This document shows positions 60,260 through 64,000 of a stretch of 64,000 nt of DNA, piece by piece. Position numbers and translations under genes: made by a program. This DNA is from Syntrophorhabdaceae bacterium. Its GTDB lineage: Bacteria > Desulfobacterota > Syntrophorhabdia > Syntrophorhabdales > Syntrophorhabdaceae. Within the stretch, counting starts at the first letter, position 1. Each line of letters begins with the position of its first letter. The stretch is taken from the NCBI GenBank assembly GCA_963665295.1, contig OY762209.1, positions 2,880,001-2,944,000 of the forward strand. The letters run 5' to 3'. A model generated the notes under the pieces. The model was given only the letters and a program-made list of their open reading frames with translations. It was not told the origin of the DNA and ran no database searches.

Positions 60260-62608
60260 CTACCCGTTGCCTACCACCCTGGAAAGTGTCTCGCTCAGTT
60301 CCTGCATGGAGTAGGGTTTGGTCAGGACGCCCTTGAACCCGTGTTCTTCGGATGCCGCGATAATGGGGTCATTCGAATAGCCGCTCAATACCACGGCCCT
60401 TACATGAGGTTCAATCTCCCGGAGTTTCTTCAGTACGTCCGCGCCTCCCATGCCTCCCGGAATAGTGAGGTCCAGAAGTACCGCGTCAAAGGGCTTGCCG
60501 CTTTCCATGGCTTTCCTGTAAAGCCCGAGGGCTTCCTCTCCGTTCGCGGCAAGGCCCGCCTTATAGCCGAGTGTCTCCAGCATCTCTCCCGTAATGTCGC
60601 GGACCATGTCTTCGTCGTCCATGATCAGGATGGTGCCGCGCCCTTTGGCGGTTTTTCCCATTGCGTCAATGCGGGGCAAGGCGGATTCCGGGGAAGCAGG
60701 CAGGTATATGGTGAAAGTGGCACCTTTCCCCGGGGCCGATTCCGCGGTAATGTACCCGTCATGGTTCTTGACTATGGAATGTGCCATGGCCAGTCCAAGG
60801 CCGCTCCCCCTTTTCTTTGTGGTGAAATAAGGGTCAAAAATCCTGCTGAGATGTTCCGATGGGATTCCCGGTCCCTGGTCGCTTACCGATATTTTCACAT
60901 AACGGCCCGCAATCAAGGGGAATCCGGGAGAAACGTCCTCTTCCGTCATGGTTATATTCTCCGCCCGGATCACAATAGCCCCACCCCCGGGCATGGCCTG
61001 GTCGGCGTTGATCACAAGGTTGCTTATGACCTGGCTCATCTGGCCCTGATCGATCTCCACCGGGCTTACGCCGTTCACGAAATCGAAATCGCAAAGGGTG
61101 TTGGCTCCCGCGAGGGCGAAACGAGCCGATTCCTCCAATATATCCGTTATGGACGAAGTTTTCTTCACAGGGGCACCCCCTTTTGAGAAGGTGAGGAGTT
61201 GCTCGGTGAGACCTTTTGCCCGGATTACCGCGTTTTCCGCATCCCGGCATTTGGACAAAGTTCTTTCATCGTCTCTTCCGATGTAGGTTCGGGCAAGAGA
61301 GATGTTACCCAGCACAATGGAAAGAATGTTGTTGAAATCATGGGCTATGCCGCCCGCCAGGACGCCCACCGACTCAAGTCTGGTGATTCTTGAGAGATCT
61401 TCTTCGGCTTTGCGTTTTTCCGTAGTGTCACGGAATACGAGCACTACCCCGATTACCCCGCCGTCCGAGGTCATGATGGGGGCACCGCTGTCAGCGATCA
61501 CAAGCTCCCTCCCGTCCTTTGAAATGAGGAGGGTATGGTTTGCGAGACCCACCACGTTCCCGGTTCTCAGCACTTTCACCACAGGGTTATCGCAGACCTG
61601 GCGTGTTTTCTCGTTGATTATCCGGAATACAGTCTCAAGGGGCTGGTTTATGGCCTCTTCGCGGGACCACCCCGTCAACTGCTCGGCTACCGCGTTGATG
61701 AGGGTTATGCGTCCCGACTTGTCGGTGGCGATGACGCCGTCTCCGATAGAACTCAGGGTGACGGAGAGGCGCTCTTTTTCGGTATAGAGGGCTTCTTCAG
61801 CCCGCTTGCGCTCGGTGATGTCCCGGACAAAGAAGAGGACGTACTGCCGGCCACGGAACTGCACGTAATTTGCCGTAACCTCCACGGGAAAGGTCCTGCC
61901 CTCTTTTGCGCGGAACTGAGACTCGAAAGTCGATGATCCCCGCTCCCTGATGATGTTCCAGAGACGGTCGCCATCCTCCGGAGTATAATCGACATCTATG
62001 TGGAAGACGGACATGGAGAGCAATTCACCTGATGAATACCCGAGCATCCGGCATGACGCCTCATTGACATAGGAGAAACGGGAATCCGGCTTGATCCAGA
62101 AGATGCTGTCGCACGCATGATCTATGGAGAATTGGGTGAGGAGCAGAGTTTCCTCTCTCTTCCGCTCTTCCGTGATATCCTCGCAATTGAGTATGGAGTC
62201 ACCTGTTTCCAGCAGCACGGTGACAAGGGAAAGCATCTTTACCGTCCCGTCCTTGCACGACACCGAGAAAACTCTCTTTTCCCGCTCTCCCGGCACCTTG
62301 TTCCGCATATCGATGATCCAGGTTGAGATTACCCCTTGCCTGTATTCGGGATCGGGATAAGCCTTTTCGAACCAGTGCCGCCCCGAGGGGATATCGGCGA
62401 GGGCATAGCCCGTGATTTCCGTGAATTTTTGATTCAGGTATTTATATACGCCTTCCCGGGAGATAAGAGCTACCCCGTTCGGGAAGTTTTTCAGAATCGT
62501 CAGGAAGGTTTCCCTCTCCTGACGCAGTGTTTCCGCTGTACGATCACCGTTATCGGTCGTTTTTTTCGCGGCTTTCCGTCCGATTCCCACAGTCCGTTGT
62601 CCTTTCAA
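60260..62608 (-). CDS. Three-PAS hybrid sensor histidine kinase/response regulator
   Basis: PAS repeats; AGGIAHDFNN, NLVINA, DQGPGI, GSGLGL; receiver IMDDE...LDLTIPGG...KPY. Confidence 0.93.
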   Translation of the reverse strand: MKGQRTVGIGRKAAKKTTDNGDRTAETLRQERETFLTILKNFPNGVALISREGVYKYLNQKFTEITGYALADIPSGRHWFEKAYPDPEYRQGVISTWIIDMRNKVPGEREKRVFSVSCKDGTVKMLSLVTVLLETGDSILNCEDITEERKREETLLLTQFSIDHACDSIFWIKPDSRFSYVNEASCRMLGYSSGELLSMSVFHIDVDYTPEDGDRLWNIIRERGSSTFESQFRAKEGRTFPVEVTANYVQFRGRQYVLFFVRDITERKRAEEALYTEKERLSVTLSSIGDGVIATDKSGRITLINAVAEQLTGWSREEAINQPLETVFRIINEKTRQVCDNPVVKVLRTGNVVGLANHTLLISKDGRELVIADSGAPIMTSDGGVIGVVLVFRDTTEKRKAEEDLSRITRLESVGVLAGGIAHDFNNILSIVLGNISLARTYIGRDDERTLSKCRDAENAVIRAKGLTEQLLTFSKGGAPVKKTSSITDILEESARFALAGANTLCDFDFVNGVSPVEIDQGQMSQVISNLVINADQAMPGGGAIVIRAENITMTEEDVSPGFPLIAGRYVKISVSDQGPGIPSEHLSRIFDPYFTTKKRGSGLGLAMAHSIVKNHDGYITAESAPGKGATFTIYLPASPESALPRIDAMGKTAKGRGTILIMDDEDMVRDITGEMLETLGYKAGLAANGEEALGLYRKAMESGKPFDAVLLDLTIPGGMGGADVLKKLREIEPHVRAVVLSGYSNDPIIAASEEHGFKGVLTKPYSMQELSETLSRVVGNG

Positions 62609-62719
62609 AGCTATCGCTCTATTAACCGACCCGTCTCGTATGAAGCGGCCCTATTTGCGTGCGCGGGCTTAAGCGCCCTTCCTCGGAATGTACCTGACTT
62701 TATTATCGGCACAAGGTCT

Positions 62720-63682
62720 TTATACTTTAGGGTTTGGTCGCATTTGCTCTATTGAGGAATAGACACGTTCCGTTACCGGGGTCGGTATTCCCAGTGATCC
62801 GCCCAGCTTCAGGATGGTCCCGCCGAACAGATCGCCCTCATTTCCCGCACCTTTTGTCTCCATGTCCCTCTGATACGAAGTCCTCGTTTCAAAAGGGAAA
62901 TTTGAGGCTTTCCCCAGGGACGCTTCGATAATATCGTCTTTAAGGGCGATATGTTTCGCGTAGGCGATATTCTTTATCTCCCCCATTATTTCTTCCACGA
63001 GTTTTCGTAATATCTGATCCCGGGCTACTTCGCCCAGTGTCTTGTGGGTGCAGGCGGTGACTAATCCAAAAGCCGCGATAAACATGTATTTCTCCCAGAT
63101 AGCCGGGTAGGGGTCGTCATTCCAGGAGAATTTTATCCCCGCGTCACGAAACAGGGCGATCAGTTTGCCCGGATCAAATCCGGTCACCCCCGGGTCCTTC
63201 CCGGAAAGGATAATCCCGTCACCGCCTTTCTGGGTTACGGTGCCGGGTGCATCGATATGGGTACCCACGTAGACGCAGGACGGCAAAACTGTGCCCGTCT
63301 TGAGGACCTCCCTTGTCCGCTCATAGATGTCCACCCCATTGAGAAGGGGCAATACAACGGTTCCCGGTTTCATGTTCCCGGCGAGCCGGGCTACTGCATC
63401 CGGCAGATCGTAGCTCTTGACGCAGAGAAAACACAGGTCCGGAGCGGGAATATCCTCGATGCGGTCGGTGGCGAGATCGGGCGTCGCGACCAGGCGGCCC
63501 AGGAGGGAAGTGTTGAGGATAAGACCGAAGCTCCTTATCGCCTTTAAGTGCTCACCCCGGGCTATGAAGAATATCTTCGGCCCTTTACCGGCCGGCTTCA
63601 GAAGGCCGTGACACAACATGCCTCCGAAATAGCCACCCACTCCGCCCACTCCGTAAACGCAGATGTTCTCTATGTTCTCCAC
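62720..63682 (-). CDS. panE: Ketopantoate reductase family protein
   Basis: YGVGGVGGYFG, LCVKSYD, LLNGVD, WEKYMF, TSYQRD. GTG start at 63682 inferred from the RBS. Confidence 0.85.
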   Translation of the reverse strand: MENIENICVYGVGGVGGYFGGMLCHGLLKPAGKGPKIFFIARGEHLKAIRSFGLILNTSLLGRLVATPDLATDRIEDIPAPDLCFLCVKSYDLPDAVARLAGNMKPGTVVLPLLNGVDIYERTREVLKTGTVLPSCVYVGTHIDAPGTVTQKGGDGIILSGKDPGVTGFDPGKLIALFRDAGIKFSWNDDPYPAIWEKYMFIAAFGLVTACTHKTLGEVARDQILRKLVEEIMGEIKNIAYAKHIALKDDIIEASLGKASNFPFETRTSYQRDMETKGAGNEGDLFGGTILKLGGSLGIPTPVTERVYSSIEQMRPNPKV

Positions 63683-63755
63683 ACCTTCTCCCGTATTATT
63701 CTTATCTTTATTGCAAACCGTTGTCAAGGAAGGGAGAATGTGGTAAAGGTAAGGC

Positions 63756-64000
63756 GTGAGCCGAATCGGTTACTATAAGGTGGTGGAACCCGTGGTGAAC
63801 CTTCGACGGGAGCCTTCCGCTGCCGCGCCTTCGTACTCCCATGACGACCTTCTGGAAACCCAACTCCTGTTCAATGAACGGGTCACCCTGAGGGACGAGG
63901 AGGGAGGATGGTGCTTTGTTGAGGCTGTGGAGCAGGAAGTCTTCAGAAAACACGACCGGTGGCAAGGGTACCCCGGGTGGGTCTCCATGGGGTCCCTCAG
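63756..64000 (+). CDS. SH3b-domain N-terminus of a probable NlpC/P60 (YkfC-like) peptidase, partial
   Basis: Not in the track (no stop in window). Manual translation: VVNLRREP...LETQLLFNERV...EEGGWCFVEAVEQ...WQGYPGWV. Confidence 0.7.
   Translation, partial: MSRIGYYKVVEPVVNLRREPSAAAPSYSHDDLLETQLLFNERVTLRDEEGGWCFVEAVEQEVFRKHDRWQGYPGWVSMGSL

Overview
Bacterial chromosomal window, moderately GC-rich. Gene content suggests a diderm anaerobe, probably Desulfobacterota/deltaproteobacterium-like (inference). Left to right: (1) minus-strand nuoA-B-CD-E-F-G-H-I-J-K-L operon of E. coli-type complex I, with nuoL running off the edge. (2) A compatible-solute locus: a decayed glucosyl-3-phosphoglycerate-synthase-like stub, a DUF5752-like protein, a TreT-like glycosyltransferase, an OtsA fused to a membrane sensor-like module, and OtsB. 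(3) rnr, tRNA-Ser(GCT), an M14 peptidase, small proteins and a PAS/HD-GYP protein. (4) An AT-richer accessory island (~23.5-33.3 kb): a 150-nt hairpin, a parA stub, a Gabija-like OLD nuclease + UvrD helicase pair whose nuclease gene is cleanly split by an IS3-like element, and a nested IS66/IS21/IS66 stack. (5) A divergent cluster with several ModE-like operator boxes: FecCD permease <- -> methyltransferase, class III binding protein, TonB-dependent receptor, divergent MoeA, flavodoxin-like protein, MoeA stub. This is the best candidate for an undescribed system (Mo/W-chelate or molybdopterin scavenging). (6) Alkaline phosphatase, a hybrid kinase, dodecin, lgt, carbonic anhydrase, tRNA-Pro(GGG), surE, an internally deleted FBP aldolase/phosphatase relic, miaB-DUF151-PHP-hisC-cmk-ispH-rpsA-Trm112-lpxL-like, a Kdo-kinase-like gene, a second hybrid kinase, a panE-like gene and a partial SH3b/NlpC-P60 gene. 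All assignments come from motif recognition by eye; no searches were run.
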